NCBI GenBank assembly: GCA_963977015.1
Contig: CAXBMO010000012.1
Span: forward strand, 32,001-96,000
Length of the DNA: 64,000 nt
Source of the DNA: an uncultured bacterium
Lineage (GTDB): Bacteria > Verrucomicrobiota > Verrucomicrobiia > Verrucomicrobiales > DEV007
Direction of reading: 5' to 3'
The notes beneath the pieces are model-generated. The model worked only from the letters and a program-made list of their open reading frames with translations. It had not been told where the DNA came from and did no database searches. Position numbers and translations under genes: made by a program. Below, piece by piece: positions 10,042-19,854 of the stretch; the first letter of the stretch is position 1, and every line of letters begins with the position of its first letter.

Positions 10042-10224
10042 AATAGTAGTAGTAGGTAGTTTTGTGATTCCCTCCCAACGTGGGAAGAAATCAGGACGGG
10101 TGCTTTAAGCGCGTTTGGCCGAAATGCACGCAGCATTGGAAGAAAAGAGCCGAATTTGGGCAAATCGGTGGAATTGGGTGACTTTTTTCCAAGATCGAAC
10201 CGCCGGTTCACGTTTTCTGGAGGT

Positions 10225-11574
10225 ATGAAAATCCTCAAATTCGTCGGGAAACTTCGTGGCGTTCTGGTTTTGGCAGCATGGTTGAGTGCGGGGACGTTGC
10301 TTCACGGCCAGACCGTCAAAGATCGTGAAGGCGCCGTCCGCAAGGACAAGGCGACGCTGGAGAACGACGAACGCTGGATTTACAACGATTACCGGGCCGC
10401 GTTGGAACAAGGAAAGGAGACCGGGAAACCGGTGATGGTCGTTTTGCGCTGTGTGCCCTGCCTCGCCTGTGCCGGATTCGACGGGGAGATTTTGCGGGAA
10501 CGGACCGAGCTGACGCCGTTGCTCGATCAATTCGTCTGCGTCCGCGTCATCAACGCGAATGACCTCGATCTATCGCTGTTCCAATTCGACTACGATCTTT
10601 CGTTCTCGACGCTGTTTTTCAATGGTGATGGCACGCTCTACGGTCGCTTTGGATCGTGGACGCACCAGGAGGACACCAATAACAAGGCCACCAACAGCAT
10701 GAAGGAGGCGCTTCAGGCGGTCCTTTCCCTTCACAAGGACTATCCGAACAACAAGGAAGCGCTTGCCGGCAAACAGTCCAAACCGCTTCCCTATCGCACA
10801 CCGGTCGCAATTCCGGCGCTCTCCGGCAAGTATGACGCCCAACTGAATTGGAATGGCGCCGTCGTCAAAAGTTGCGTGCATTGCCACCAGATTGGCGATG
10901 CGATGCGACTCGAATTTCGCAACAAACAGCAACCGATCCCTGACGAATGGTTGTTCCCGTTTCCGCAGCCGGAAGCCATCGGGCTCCATCTCGCTGAGGA
11001 CTCCCGCGCGAGGGTCGAATCCGTCGCGCCGGGATCGATTGCAGAAAGCGCGAAGCTGCGGCGGGGCGATGAGATCGTGACCCTGGCAGGCCAGCCGCTC
11101 ATCTCGATTGCGGACTTCAGTTGGGTGCTTCATCAGTCGGGAGACACGGACACGCTTGCGATGGAGGTCGTTCGCAGTGGCAAGAAGGGAACCCTTCAAC
11201 TGGAACTGACGGACGGCTGGCGTCGCAATCCCGATCACACCAAACGCGTTGGGACGTGGCCGATGCGCGGAATGGCGCTCGGCGGGATGAGGCTCGCGGA
11301 TCTCGACGAGAAAGACCGTTCACGATATCGAATGGAGGATGATCGTCTTGCTCTCAAAGTCCTGAGTGTCGGTAAATACGGCATGCACGGCGCCGCCAAG
11401 CGCATCGGTTTTCAACCGGACGACGTCATCGTTCGCGCGGACGGACAGGAGAATCGGATGACCGAAAAGCAGCTCATTGCCTACCTGATGCAGAACCACA
11501 ATCGCGGCAAAAAAGTCGATCTTACCGTGCTTCGAAATCGCAAAGAAGTGACGCTGCAGTTGCCGATGCAGTGA
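10225..11574 (+). CDS. Exported thioredoxin-like/PDZ protein (Trx7/PDZ (seleno)protein-like family, Cys form)
   Basis: Signal peptide; WIYNDY..AL..GK..GKPVMVVLRCVPCLAC; CVHCH; two PDZ-like segments. Confidence 0.8.
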   Translation: MKILKFVGKLRGVLVLAAWLSAGTLLHGQTVKDREGAVRKDKATLENDERWIYNDYRAALEQGKETGKPVMVVLRCVPCLACAGFDGEILRERTELTPLLDQFVCVRVINANDLDLSLFQFDYDLSFSTLFFNGDGTLYGRFGSWTHQEDTNNKATNSMKEALQAVLSLHKDYPNNKEALAGKQSKPLPYRTPVAIPALSGKYDAQLNWNGAVVKSCVHCHQIGDAMRLEFRNKQQPIPDEWLFPFPQPEAIGLHLAEDSRARVESVAPGSIAESAKLRRGDEIVTLAGQPLISIADFSWVLHQSGDTDTLAMEVVRSGKKGTLQLELTDGWRRNPDHTKRVGTWPMRGMALGGMRLADLDEKDRSRYRMEDDRLALKVLSVGKYGMHGAAKRIGFQPDDVIVRADGQENRMTEKQLIAYLMQNHNRGKKVDLTVLRNRKEVTLQLPMQ

Positions 11575-11653
11575 ACGCCCCTCATGCCCAGGGCTGATTT
11601 GTTTCATTTCCGGCGGGAATGAAGGCTTGTTATCTCGGAGTTACGTTGGTTTG

Positions 11654-14600
11654 ATGGAGGTAATGCCGGAACCTGACAGCCCGAAAAAGCCGATCGTCCT
11701 TTTGATTCATGGGACGTTCGCGAATTTGCCGGATGCGGCGGTTGCGGACGATCACGGAGAAGAGGCGCCTTCGGTTTGGATGCGTCTGAAAGAAGCGTTC
11801 GGTGGGTCGGAAAAAATCGTCGAAGTCGAGACCTCGGATGAAGGTGAGGATTGGTGGCAGGTTGGAAGCCCGTTCTGGACGCAGATGAAGGAACGCCTCG
11901 CCAAGGACGGACTGACCCTGGCCGGCGACGAAGAAGTCTGGAAGCAGGATCCCGAGAACCTGGACGAAAACGGGAACCTGAAGGAACATCTCCGCACCTT
12001 CAAATGGTCGAGCGAGAACACCGAGCGAGCCCGCCACAAAGCGGGAAGGCGCCTGTTCGAACGAATTTTGGAATACGAGAGGGAAGGGCGGGAATACCAC
12101 CTGATTGGGCACAGCCATGGCGGTTCAACCGTTTGGATCGCGCTGCAGCAATCCATTCTGCGCCGCTGGAAAACGGCCAAAAATCAGGAGTTCACCAAAC
12201 TCTCCCGCCTCAAATCATGGGCGACGGTCGCGACTCCGTTTCTCCACTATCGCGGAACGAAAATCGGGAGTTGGTATGGCAAAGTCGCCACCGTCCTCAT
12301 GCTGGTGATCAGTCTGTTCATGGCAGGATGGATTGGGGTCAAAAAGATTGAGAGCTGGAGTGATACGGAGAATCCGCTGGGAGCGCTCCTTCAAAAAATG
12401 GAGGAAGCGCGGATAGCCAGGAGTCAGGACGCGAGACTATCAAACGCGCCCAAGTTTCCACTCCGCAACAAGGAGAGACCCCAGCCGCAGATACAGAACG
12501 CGGCGAAGCAGGCTCCGGCAATGCCCCAACACCAGCAGAGGCAGGATGAGGCGCCCGTGATTCCTGCCGCCCTGAAGGAGTCCATCTCCAAAATTGGATT
12601 CAAGGATGTTTTTGCAGCGGTCGTTGAAGTGGTCGTCGCCCTGATGCTTCTCGTGGCGCCGTTTCTCACCGTTTACCTCTGGGCGCGGGCCGCGCGGACG
12701 GAATCCCGCAATGTGTATCGGGAAACGCGAGCCCAGAATCAGGCCATGCTTGAATTCGGGAATCGGTGGTTGGGGATTTTTAGCACGGAAGACGAAGCGA
12801 TCAACGGCCTGCGTGCCACGACCTATCTTTCGGGAACGTCGATCGTGCCCAAAATCGAGATTCCGTCGGAAACGGTGTTTGATTCCGATCGGCTGATTCG
12901 CTTTTACCGCTTCTTCATTCGGGTTTTCATCGCACCGTTCTACAACCTGATTTTTGGACCTGCGGCGGACAACTATCTCATTGCCAAAGTGGCAAAAGGC
13001 GCTCAGGGGCACAACCGCATGGGTTGTAAATTGGTGGACGTGACCGAGGGGCCGATTCTGGTGGAAGGTTACCGCTATCCGCCCCTGCCCAAAGAGGTGA
13101 ATCAGGAGATTATTGATCAGGCCAACAACGCCATTGGAAAGCGTTCGAAGGAGATCCTGGTCAAAACCCGGACCGGGATTTCCCAATTTGCCTGGGGTGG
13201 ATCCGACTTGACGGCTGTGGTACACGATGTTGCCGATGAATTGCAGGGGGATGAGCTGGTGCACACCTCCTACTTCAACCATCCGTTTGTCGGGGAAGCG
13301 CTTTCGCTTCACGCGAGGGATTCGAGGGTGGAGGTTGAGCCTTTTGCCATAGAAAAAGTGGTGGAAGAGAAACTGACCTGGAAGCAACGCTTCGGCAAAG
13401 TCTTCAAAGGTATTGGCTGGGTCAGCCTCGGGTTTGGATTGGCGACGGTTTGTGTGATCGAAGCCATTGTTCAGAATTCGAATCGACCCGTCTACCTACT
13501 CAGCGCCCTCCTGTCGGGAATTGGGATCGGGGTCCTCGTCACGTCGTTTCGCAAACGGGCGATTCCGCCTCCCCGGTGGTCGATCATTGCGGGCCGGGCC
13601 GCGGGGCTTTTCATGATTTTCATCGCGGTATTCTACGGAGTCATCCGCCACCTTTTTCCGGATGTGTCCCTGGTGGCGCCCGTCGTGGATAACTTTCTGG
13701 ACAGCGAGTCGCCCATGGCTCATCCCGGATTGTTGTTCAGCATTTTCATCAGCTTGTCGGCCACGTTCTTCGCGGTGGGACTCTCCTACTTTCGAAGCAA
13801 TCCCCAGTGGTCCAAATCTGCGGGGCTCATCGCGTTTGCCCTGGTGGTGGCGAGCGTTTGGATGGCGGATTCAGCGACCGGCACGGATTGGGGACCAACG
13901 GTTACCTCGGCTGCGATCGTTTCCATTCTCTTCGGCTTCTACAAGGCCTTTTCACCGCTCAAACATGCGGAGGACGTGTTTTGCCCATTCGAGGTTAGAA
14001 AAGCAGCCTCCATCGACAAAGAACTTTTCCTGGATGTCGAACCGGAACCGCAGACCTGGCTGGCGGCACTCAAGAACGATATTCGCAGCAATTTGGGCAA
14101 ACAAGAAGGTGTGAAGTCGTACGCCCTGCCTCTCCTTGATACTGAGAATCGCATGGCAACGGTGACGGCCTGGCTCCTGATCGGGGGCGTTCTCTCGATG
14201 CTGCTGGGAATCTTCACGAGCGGATTTTTCCTGATGCTGGCCGGCATTGTCGCAATCCCCATCGCATGGCTCCTGTCGTTTCGCCCGGCGCTGAAGGCGA
14301 CTCGAGGAGCGCTGAAGGGCGGGCTGGCGCTCCTCAATCTCAACCTCATGTCCTTTGCCTTTATCACGGGCATCGTGTCACTGTTTACCTGGTTCATTTA
14401 CGACGAGTTCATTCGCATCCTGCCAGCGGAGAACTACTCCAATGTGGTCAGCTACACTTCTCCGAACGATGGGAAGCCGCGGTTGGCCGTCACCGAGCCA
14501 GGAAGGATTCTGCTGTGGAATCCTGAGACTCGAAACCAGATTGGCTCTGTTCTCGAAGGGTCGGGAAGGTACTTTGGCGAGTTCATTGAGATAAGCCCGG

Positions 14601-16282
14601 ATCACAAGTCCCTTGCCTGGGTTGATTATTCGTCGATCGAGATTTGGGATTTGGAGACGGAGACCGTTCGCGCGAAGCTGGAAGTGCCGACCGATGGCGA
14701 AGTTTCATGCGTTGCCTTTCGAGGGGATGGCGGAATGCTGGCAACCGGAGGGATGGACGGAAACCTGATGCTCTGGAATGCCGAAACGGGGAAGAAGATT
14801 GCCGGTCCTTTTCGTCTGCGGAAACCCATTCGCTCGATGGACTTCCACCCCACCCAACACCGGCTTGCGCTTGGGCTCGATGGGGGATCGATCGCGATTT
14901 GGGATACGGAATCGAGAGTTCAGATTGCGTCCGGCCCGATTCACTCCGGCGACGTCACCCATCTGGAATACTGGAACGAGAAAATCCTGAGTCTTGGTCG
15001 GAAAGGAAGTCTCAAGTACTCCGAACGGTTGGTTGATGGATCCCGCACGCTGGTCGATCGCGATCTTCCTCCCGAGTTGAAAGGGAAAAGCGAAGAGTTT
15101 TCGGCAACCATGCTGACAGCGTTCCCGGAAGCCAGGACTCTGGCGGTTGGTTTTACGGACAAAGAAGGCCATCCGTTTTTGCAGGTCCTTTCTTCAAGTA
15201 CGAAAGGCGAATGGCTGAAGCTTGCGTTAGGGCATACGCTCACCAGCCTCGGTCTTTTTCCCGGCAGCGACGAATTGTTCGTCCGAAGCTACGGAAGTGA
15301 GGTTCAACTTTGGAATCGATCGGACGGCAAAATGGTCGGGACGCTTGGCATGACCTTCTCGGCTGTCGATGTCGTGGCGTTGAGTCCTGACGGAGCCACT
15401 CTCGTTATCGGTTTTGGAGACGGGACCGTAAGGTTCCAGAGTGTGGAGACGGGGGAAGAACAGGGTCGTGTCCAAGGAATCATGTCCTCGACTCTCAATT
15501 CCGGTGAAGGAATCATTCCGATCTTCCAGGATGGTGCCATCGGGATGTGGAGTGCCGATACCGGCAACAAACTGAGCATCAGCATCCCAAATGAGGATGG
15601 CCGGCGAGTCTTTGCGTTAACGATGGTTCCGCCCGGTGGCATCTTTGCGACTTCGACGGGCGAGACCAGCGCCGTCTCGCTTTGGAGCGTTCGCACCGGA
15701 AAGGAGCTTCACAAGATCAGCGGATTTGAGGAATGGGTGATGACCGGAGCCTTCAACCCAGAGGGAACCATCCTGGCCATTGGGTTGGATGGCGGAACGG
15801 CGAGCTTGTGGGATGTCGCCACAGGGGAGAAACTCAGAGACTTGGATCCTGACTCCAGCTATTCGGACAAAATGGTATTCAGTCCTGATGGGGCGATCCT
15901 CGCGGTCACCACGCAGGATAATGAGGTGAGGCTATTTAACGGCGCCACCGGTGAAAGTCTCGCGCGCGGTCGATTGAGCGGGCACCACGAATCCTACGTG
16001 AATGCCCTGAAATTCAGTCCCGACAGTCAAACGCTCGCGACGGGTTCCTATGACAACACCGCGAAGTTGTGGAGCGTCGCGACTGGTGAGGAATTGAGAA
16101 CGTTGAGTGGGCATTCTGATTGGGTCAAGGATGTTGCTTTTGGTTCGGATGGCAAAATCGTCGTAACTTGCGCGGACGACGGCCTGGTGAAGCTCTGGGA
16201 TGTGGAAAGCGGAAACTTGATTCGAACGATCCATCAATTTCAGTTTGTGCCCACTCCGCCGGAGGAAAGTACATTTCAGTAA
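11654..16282 (+). CDS. Alpha/beta-hydrolase + multi-TM + WD40-repeat fusion protein
   Basis: LLIHGTF, GHSHGG nucleophile elbow, ATPF, ~11 hydrophobic segments, C-terminal WD40 repeats (GHSDWVKDVAFGSDG...KLWD); exact start uncertain. Confidence 0.85.
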   Translation: MEVMPEPDSPKKPIVLLIHGTFANLPDAAVADDHGEEAPSVWMRLKEAFGGSEKIVEVETSDEGEDWWQVGSPFWTQMKERLAKDGLTLAGDEEVWKQDPENLDENGNLKEHLRTFKWSSENTERARHKAGRRLFERILEYEREGREYHLIGHSHGGSTVWIALQQSILRRWKTAKNQEFTKLSRLKSWATVATPFLHYRGTKIGSWYGKVATVLMLVISLFMAGWIGVKKIESWSDTENPLGALLQKMEEARIARSQDARLSNAPKFPLRNKERPQPQIQNAAKQAPAMPQHQQRQDEAPVIPAALKESISKIGFKDVFAAVVEVVVALMLLVAPFLTVYLWARAARTESRNVYRETRAQNQAMLEFGNRWLGIFSTEDEAINGLRATTYLSGTSIVPKIEIPSETVFDSDRLIRFYRFFIRVFIAPFYNLIFGPAADNYLIAKVAKGAQGHNRMGCKLVDVTEGPILVEGYRYPPLPKEVNQEIIDQANNAIGKRSKEILVKTRTGISQFAWGGSDLTAVVHDVADELQGDELVHTSYFNHPFVGEALSLHARDSRVEVEPFAIEKVVEEKLTWKQRFGKVFKGIGWVSLGFGLATVCVIEAIVQNSNRPVYLLSALLSGIGIGVLVTSFRKRAIPPPRWSIIAGRAAGLFMIFIAVFYGVIRHLFPDVSLVAPVVDNFLDSESPMAHPGLLFSIFISLSATFFAVGLSYFRSNPQWSKSAGLIAFALVVASVWMADSATGTDWGPTVTSAAIVSILFGFYKAFSPLKHAEDVFCPFEVRKAASIDKELFLDVEPEPQTWLAALKNDIRSNLGKQEGVKSYALPLLDTENRMATVTAWLLIGGVLSMLLGIFTSGFFLMLAGIVAIPIAWLLSFRPALKATRGALKGGLALLNLNLMSFAFITGIVSLFTWFIYDEFIRILPAENYSNVVSYTSPNDGKPRLAVTEPGRILLWNPETRNQIGSVLEGSGRYFGEFIEISPDHKSLAWVDYSSIEIWDLETETVRAKLEVPTDGEVSCVAFRGDGGMLATGGMDGNLMLWNAETGKKIAGPFRLRKPIRSMDFHPTQHRLALGLDGGSIAIWDTESRVQIASGPIHSGDVTHLEYWNEKILSLGRKGSLKYSERLVDGSRTLVDRDLPPELKGKSEEFSATMLTAFPEARTLAVGFTDKEGHPFLQVLSSSTKGEWLKLALGHTLTSLGLFPGSDELFVRSYGSEVQLWNRSDGKMVGTLGMTFSAVDVVALSPDGATLVIGFGDGTVRFQSVETGEEQGRVQGIMSSTLNSGEGIIPIFQDGAIGMWSADTGNKLSISIPNEDGRRVFALTMVPPGGIFATSTGETSAVSLWSVRTGKELHKISGFEEWVMTGAFNPEGTILAIGLDGGTASLWDVATGEKLRDLDPDSSYSDKMVFSPDGAILAVTTQDNEVRLFNGATGESLARGRLSGHHESYVNALKFSPDSQTLATGSYDNTAKLWSVATGEELRTLSGHSDWVKDVAFGSDGKIVVTCADDGLVKLWDVESGNLIRTIHQFQFVPTPPEESTFQ

Positions 16283-16301
16283 CTGAACCCGCGCGGAATT
16301 C

Positions 16302-17441
16302 TCATTGGGAAGCTTGAGCCTTCAACATCGCGTCCGTTTCGGAAATTTTGAACCGGGTGGAAACGACTGAGTGTTTTTCCGGGCCTTCGGCATACTTGAT
16401 ATAGGTCGTCGCAACGATGGTCCCGTCCGGCAATAACTCGACGCCGGGATAGCCGCAGTCGCTCCTCCGCTCGGCGTGGCTATGAAGCAGCTTGATGCGA
16501 TATTCGCCCGGCTTGCCGGATTTGATGTCCTCATACGTTCCGACCCAGGCCACAAAATGTCCCCATGTCGGACTGTTCAGGGCTTGATCGCGGAAGGCGA
16601 AAACCCAGCGGCCATCCGCCAACTGCGTCCCGATGTGACGATCGCCCGTGAGTCCCCACGGCGTGTCGACCGGCGTGCTCCAGGTCTTACCTTCGTCGGT
16701 TGAAAACATCATCAGGCTTCGGCCCTTGTGGGTATTTTCCCGCATCAGGCAGCAAAGCTCATTTCCATCCGGAGCGCGGAAGACGAACGGTTCGCAGGGA
16801 TTCTTCCCTTCCACTGAAGCGACAATCTCCGGTTCCGACCACGTTAAGCCGCCATCAGCCGTAATCGTCTGGAGGACGTTGAGCGGTGTCCGGTCTTTCC
16901 CGTCGGGACCACGATGGTAGAGCCCGAGATAGCGACCATCCTTCAGTTTCACCACGCTGCTGAACGTCATGACGCAGGGGAAATTCAGGGGCGGCATCTC
17001 TTTCCAGGTCTTGCCGTCATCTTCGCTCATGATGCTCGGCATCCCCGGCCCACCTCGGGTTCCCAGCGCGGCGGAAAACACCCAAAGCCGGGCTTTGCCC
17101 TCCGGATCGACCATTCGATAAATGCTCGGGCAGTTTTGGTGTGTTTGGTAACCGGGTGGAAGTTGATCATCCAATCGTGACCACGTCAGGCCACCATCGC
17201 TGCTCTTCGCCATCGGCCCTGCCGCGCCACCGTGATTGATGCACCAAACCGCAAACAGGGTGGTCTTGTCCGGCATCAGCAGCGTGGTCGGGTGACCTTG
17301 GTAAACCTTCTCGGTTCCGGAACTGATGATGACGTGTCGATCCGGTTGATCCGAGAGATCGAGAATCGGGAGATCAGGTGCTTCCTCCGCACAGAGGGAT
17401 GCGGAAACGATGAGGGAAAGGAGGATGGGGGCTTTTTTCAT
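16302..17441 (-). CDS. Exported BNR/Asp-box sialidase-like protein
   Basis: Signal peptide; Asp boxes [37 protein letters not shown]. Confidence 0.85.
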   Translation of the reverse strand: MKKAPILLSLIVSASLCAEEAPDLPILDLSDQPDRHVIISSGTEKVYQGHPTTLLMPDKTTLFAVWCINHGGAAGPMAKSSDGGLTWSRLDDQLPPGYQTHQNCPSIYRMVDPEGKARLWVFSAALGTRGGPGMPSIMSEDDGKTWKEMPPLNFPCVMTFSSVVKLKDGRYLGLYHRGPDGKDRTPLNVLQTITADGGLTWSEPEIVASVEGKNPCEPFVFRAPDGNELCCLMRENTHKGRSLMMFSTDEGKTWSTPVDTPWGLTGDRHIGTQLADGRWVFAFRDQALNSPTWGHFVAWVGTYEDIKSGKPGEYRIKLLHSHAERRSDCGYPGVELLPDGTIVATTYIKYAEGPEKHSVVSTRFKISETDAMLKAQASQ

Positions 17442-17526
17442 GAGTGAAGAGAGATGAATGATGACGACAAAACGCGTTCTTTGCGAGCGGGCGATAATCG
17501 ATTGCCAGTGGTAAATGTTTACCACA

Positions 17527-18831
17527 CTAACGCGCCATCGCTTCTTTCAGAACAACCGCTCGGCCGTCGATCCGAAACTCGGCCACGCGAATGCCATTTC
17601 GCAAGGGACGCAATCCAACCCGACCGATGGCACGATCTGGATCGTCGGTGAGCGAGGCGATCAGCTGATCATTGACGGTGATGCGAAGCCGATTCCCTTT
17701 TCGGCGCAATTGAAAAGGGAAGGGGGTTTCCTCCCGGATCACGTCGGCGTTGCGGCGAAAGAACCGGACCGATCCCAGGGTCTCGCCTTCCAAAAAAAAG
17801 CGGCCTTCCCGGCCATCGAAACCAAAGCGGTCGCCCCCGAACTCCAGAGAGGCCGCCGTTCCTCCCAGACGATCCAGCGAGATCACTCCGCCAATCTCAA
17901 CGTCGCCTTTTCCGATGACTTCATCGGCGTAGACGACAATCCGGGCGGAATCACCTTTGAGGTAACGGATTCCTTTGCCGCGCTGCATCTCGCGGGCAAT
18001 CTCGCGATAGTGAGTCGGTTCGTGGCCTTGAAAGCGGCGAAACAGCTTCGCGAAATACTGACTGGAGTTGAATCCACATTCAAAGGCGATTTCGGTGATC
18101 GAGCGATCCGTGTCGCGAAGCAATTGGCGGCTCCGGCGGATCCGCAGCCGGTTGAGATAAGTGCTGGGACTTTCCCCGGTGATTTGCCGGCAGATCACTC
18201 CAAATCGCGAACGTCGGAGTCCGACTTCGCCGGCTAGTTCCGTGAGCGTCCAGTCTTCATGCGCGCGCGATTCGAGCTCCGACAGGAACCCGGCGACCCG
18301 ATGTTCGGTGACCGACGAAGCGACGTTCGTGGGTTTCGATTGACGTTTGCTAAGCGCGGCGCAAATCGACGTCAGCAGGTGAACCGCGCAGGCCTGACAC
18401 TCGAGTTGGGAAAGCGGGCTTTCGTCCTTTGCTTTCGAGATGGTTTTCGAGAAAAGCGCTCCCAACTCCGCGTTGGTGGAAAGGACAGGCGACGCTGAAT
18501 CGAGAAGGGTTTTTCGCAGCAACGTCGCCTGCTCGGGGCGAAACGGAGAACCCACTTCCAGAGAAATCCCGCGAGCTTTGTTCCCGGCCTTCCATTCGAG
18601 CTCGACGCTTTCGACGTGGATCGAGACTTGTTCGGACGATTCGATTCCGCTGAAGACCTGACCGGGCCTGACAAGAAGCACGTCTCCCTCACGAAGCTCA
18701 AACTTTTCCCCGTCGATCGACCACCGCGTTCGGCCTTTTGCGAGCCGCAAAAACGTCAGTCTCTCTACCCGATACGGTTCCGGACCGCGGTTTCGGGTGC
18801 TGACCGAGTAGGCGTGAACTCGTATCTCCAT
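17527..18831 (-). CDS. AraC family regulator with an extra C-terminal beta-rich domain
   Basis: Cupin-like N-terminus; [12 protein letters not shown]...[23 protein letters not shown]; ~140 extra residues; divergent from nanA. Confidence 0.85.
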   Translation of the reverse strand: MEIRVHAYSVSTRNRGPEPYRVERLTFLRLAKGRTRWSIDGEKFELREGDVLLVRPGQVFSGIESSEQVSIHVESVELEWKAGNKARGISLEVGSPFRPEQATLLRKTLLDSASPVLSTNAELGALFSKTISKAKDESPLSQLECQACAVHLLTSICAALSKRQSKPTNVASSVTEHRVAGFLSELESRAHEDWTLTELAGEVGLRRSRFGVICRQITGESPSTYLNRLRIRRSRQLLRDTDRSITEIAFECGFNSSQYFAKLFRRFQGHEPTHYREIAREMQRGKGIRYLKGDSARIVVYADEVIGKGDVEIGGVISLDRLGGTAASLEFGGDRFGFDGREGRFFLEGETLGSVRFFRRNADVIREETPFPFQLRRKGNRLRITVNDQLIASLTDDPDRAIGRVGLRPLRNGIRVAEFRIDGRAVVLKEAMAR

Positions 18832-18903
18832 GTTTGGTAAACATTTACCAGTGGTTTCCTGTAAAAGCCAGATCGTCTTGGCTCGGCAATTCTTGGCCCT
18901 TCC

Positions 18904-19854
18904 ATGAATGCCTCGCCAACTCACTCAGAACCCCTCACCGGAATCATCGCCGCGACGTTCACGCCGTTTGATGACCAGGGAGAGCTGAACCTGGATTTGA
19001 TCCCGAAATTGACGGACCACCTGATCTCGAACGGAGTCTCCGGGATCTACATTTGCGGGAGCACGGGGGAAGGGCCGTCCCTGACAATCGCTGAGCGCAA
19101 GGCTGTCACCGAAGCCTATCTTCGTTCGGCGAAGGGAAGGCTGCGAACCGTCGTTCATGTCGGGCACACCTGTTTGCAGGACGCGATGGGGTTGGGACAG
19201 CATGCGGAGAAATTCGGCGCGACTGCGATCTCCGCGATTGCGCCGTATTACTTCAAACCGGAAGACAGTCAGACCTTGGTCGCCTTTCTCAAGGAAGTGG
19301 CGGAATCCGCGTCGTCGCTTCCCTTCTACTACTACCACATGCCCGGGCTGACCGGGCTGGCGATTGATCCGGTGGAGTTCCTGGAGCGCGGGGAGAATGC
19401 GATTCCGAATCTGCGGGGGATGAAGTTCACCGACGCCGATCTCAGCAAATTCAGTGCGTGTCAGGCGATGAGTGACGGGAGGTTCGACCTGGTGTTCGGG
19501 AGAGATGAAATGTTGTTCCCCAGTTTGGCGGCGGGCGCGCGCGGAGCGGTCGGAAGCACCTACAATCTGGCGCCCGCGCTTTATCGCGGGATCGTTCGGG
19601 CGTTTGAAGACGGCGATTGGGAAAATGCCCGGCAGCTTCAACGAAAATCGGTCGCCATGATTCGGGCGATTCTCCGATTTGGCGGTGAGGCTGCGATCAA
19701 GTATCCCATGAAGCGGTTGGGACTGGATTGTGGCCCGCGAAGGCTTCCGATGACGCAATTGAGTTCGGATCAGGAGCGAGCGATTGATCTTGCCTTGGAC
19801 GAGTTGGGTTTCGACACTTGGGCCGTGAATTCCGCCCCCGCAACGAACGCATGA
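18904..19854 (+). CDS. nanA: N-acetylneuraminate lyase (DHDPS/NAL family)
   Basis: GSTGE, YYYHMP, Schiff-base Lys in GMKFT, GAVGSTYN; sialic-acid gene context. Confidence 0.85.
   Translation: MNASPTHSEPLTGIIAATFTPFDDQGELNLDLIPKLTDHLISNGVSGIYICGSTGEGPSLTIAERKAVTEAYLRSAKGRLRTVVHVGHTCLQDAMGLGQHAEKFGATAISAIAPYYFKPEDSQTLVAFLKEVAESASSLPFYYYHMPGLTGLAIDPVEFLERGENAIPNLRGMKFTDADLSKFSACQAMSDGRFDLVFGRDEMLFPSLAAGARGAVGSTYNLAPALYRGIVRAFEDGDWENARQLQRKSVAMIRAILRFGGEAAIKYPMKRLGLDCGPRRLPMTQLSSDQERAIDLALDELGFDTWAVNSAPATNA

Noticed and set aside
10450-10475. Selenocysteine recoding in the Trx/PDZ protein
   Set aside because: All Cys codons are TGT/TGC and the ORF is uninterrupted
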